Assembly: GCF_902652985.1 (NCBI RefSeq) | Contig: NC_047020.1 | Coordinates: forward strand, 10,912,001 to 10,976,000 | Reading direction: 5' to 3' | Length of the DNA stretch: 64,000 nt | DNA from: Pecten maximus | Taxonomy: Eukaryota | In this document: one piece after another, positions 61,974 to 64,000 of the stretch | Layout of the letters: each line of letters starts with the position of its first letter | How positions within the stretch are numbered: the first letter of the stretch is position 1 | Program-made: the position numbers and the translations under genes | Notes under the pieces: generated by a model | Seen by the model: the letters and a program-made list of their open reading frames with translations, nothing else | What the model was told of the DNA's origin: nothing | Databases searched by the model: none

Positions 61974-62989
61974 TAGAGATGACTTCAGATTTGTCGAAAT
62001 TTATATGCATGTATTGTCAATGAAATTTAGTTTGTAGGTGTAGTATGGCACTGCAAAAACAAAGGCTGTGTTTATTTTTGGAAAAAACAAAATGGCTGCC
62101 ATATCCTGGCCTTTGATTGGTCGAAATTTAAATATTGTCTGATTTTGATGAAATTTGGTATATATGTTCACCATGGAACACTCTTCACTTTTGCAACCTC
62201 AGTTTCACATTTTAAAAAAAGGCCACCATTTACTTGCTTCTGATTTGTCAAAATTTACATATTGTTCAATTTCAATGAAGACTGATTTATAGGAGTATTA
62301 TGGGACTGCGAATTCAATCAACTGAATGGGTTTTGTTGTCATAGTAATCACACAGAGGCCTCTGAATGGTTGAAATTTAAATATTGTCCAATTTTAATGA
62401 AAGGGGTATAAGGGGACTGTGAATTCAACTGTATGGGTGTGGCTGCCATAGCAACCACATGGAAGCTTTGATTGGTCGAAATTTAGACATTGTTTGATTT
62501 CTGTGAAAATTGGATTATAGAGCTTAAAAGGTTTAAGGGACTGCAAATTCAACTGCATTAGTTCCGTTACCATTGAGACCACATTTGCATCTTCGGGAAT
62601 ATGGGAGATATTTGGGGGACTTCTGAAATGGTTTCCCATCACAATAAGTCTTTGTCATATAAATGCAATGGGATTTCAACTAAACTTACAAACAATAATA
62701 CTTATACATTGTAGATGTGCATAATCTTTAACAGGTAGAATTTACCTCCCCGTTTAGGAAAGCTAAATTGACCTGGACCCTGTGTTTCAAGACTGCAATT
62801 GATTTTATTATATTACAAATAACCTCATGGGTGGCAGGGGCATATGATTTAGCCCCCGGATGACAGATCTAATTTTTATTTAATTGTTTTCAAGAATTTA
62901 TTTTTCTAATGATATCATGTGAAAAAATTGATACTCCTGTAGATGGTTTCCTGTCAAACCTAACGTTAACCTGCAATGCAGGCATATTC

Positions 62990-63285
62990 ATTGGCGTCTA
63001 GTTTATAGAACTACATGTAACAGACCAGGCCAGCGTCTGACTAATAATTGCAATCAAGGAACCTAAACTGTATCCAAACATCTCCATGTGTCTATAGATT
63101 CTCCTATGTATGCTTGTTACGTCTGCGACTTCGGAGCGTTCCTTCAGCATCGTGCGTCGGCTAAAGACACACCTGAGATCAACCATGGACGGACATCCTC
63201 TCTGGCATAATTTGTTATAACATACGTATCGTGACTACTCCGTAGATTTAGACACAGCAGTGACCAAGTTTCTTGAAGCATAACA
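62990..63285 (+). pseudogene. Decayed hAT transposase C-terminal dimerisation-domain fragment (THAP12/PRKRIR-like)
   Basis: PKLYPNISMCL*ILLCMLVTSATSERSFSIVRRLKTHLRSTM with an internal stop and a downstream frameshift. Confidence 0.8.
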
Positions 63286-64000
63286 ACAACAATTGACTTT
63301 TGTATCATAAGAAGTCAGGATTGCCATGATAGTTATTGAAGACACTATTAATCCATTGTCTGTTAGGATGCATGCTTTAGTTACCATATACTTGTATATG
63401 ACATTTGTATGATTTCTAACCTGAATATGTACCGGAATGTTTATAATTATATTATGTATACAACATCATTAAATCACTCTTATTTCAGTGGTTATTTTCA
63501 GCTGGAAGTAATAAATAGAAATTACCATGACTTGGGCTAGATTACAGGTTACCATAGTAACAAAGATTATGTTATACTACAACATCAACATGTTTGATGT
63601 GATCATAACCACTGCCAAGACATCCAGGCCAACAACTTATTAGTTCATGACAGCATGGTTCAGGAAACTATATATATAAATGCTGCTGGGCGTAAGAATA
63701 ACATTAAATCAGTTCAGTCACTTTCATCAATTAAGATATTTAGCATTTATAGTGTAAAACGTCAGCTCACCTGGTCCAATAGGCTAGAAAATTTATTCCA
63801 TGGCTCATCGTTTGTCAGCATTTCCAAAATATCAAGTACTACTAGTTATAAACAACTCAATTGATTTCGACCAAATTTTGTCAGGAGCATCTTGGAGGAA
63901 GGGGAACAAATTTTGCATAAATTATGGGTCATTAATTACCATTACCCTACATCATTAATTACAATTACCCAATATTATTAATTACAAAATCCAACATCAT

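Overview
AT-rich eukaryotic (animal) genomic DNA with GT-AG introns. The repeat landscape suggests a bivalve mollusc (inference). Three host genes can be reconstructed exon by exon: UBL3 (minus strand, first two coding exons; the rest lies left of the window), STXBP4/Synip (plus strand, 19 coding exons, PDZ - EF-hand-like - coiled coil - WW, head-to-head with UBL3) and GEMIN8 (minus strand, tail-to-tail with STXBP4). A fourth gene probably starts on the plus strand near 53.95 kb with non-coding exons only. STXBP4 and GEMIN8 each carry one apparent single-base frameshift. The rest is dense with mobile DNA: (1) an 8.65-kb CACTG-terminated element with ~1.17-kb TIRs whose decayed cargo includes an SGNH-hydrolase remnant, a Kolobok KolX/P2X7-like remnant and two histone-mRNA-type 3' stem-loops with no histone gene; (2) a 5-kb MULE/foldback-like element carrying a Gypsy pol fragment; (3) an apparently intact six-exon hAT (ZNF862-like) transposon nested in a solo LTR; (4) three copies of a tiny LTR retroelement (TRIM) with tRNA-derived LTRs; (5) an Academ-like foldback MITE, a Kolobok-like MITE, SINEs and many minisatellites, one of which is an amplified exon/intron junction of STXBP4. 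All coordinates were read by eye and no searches were run.
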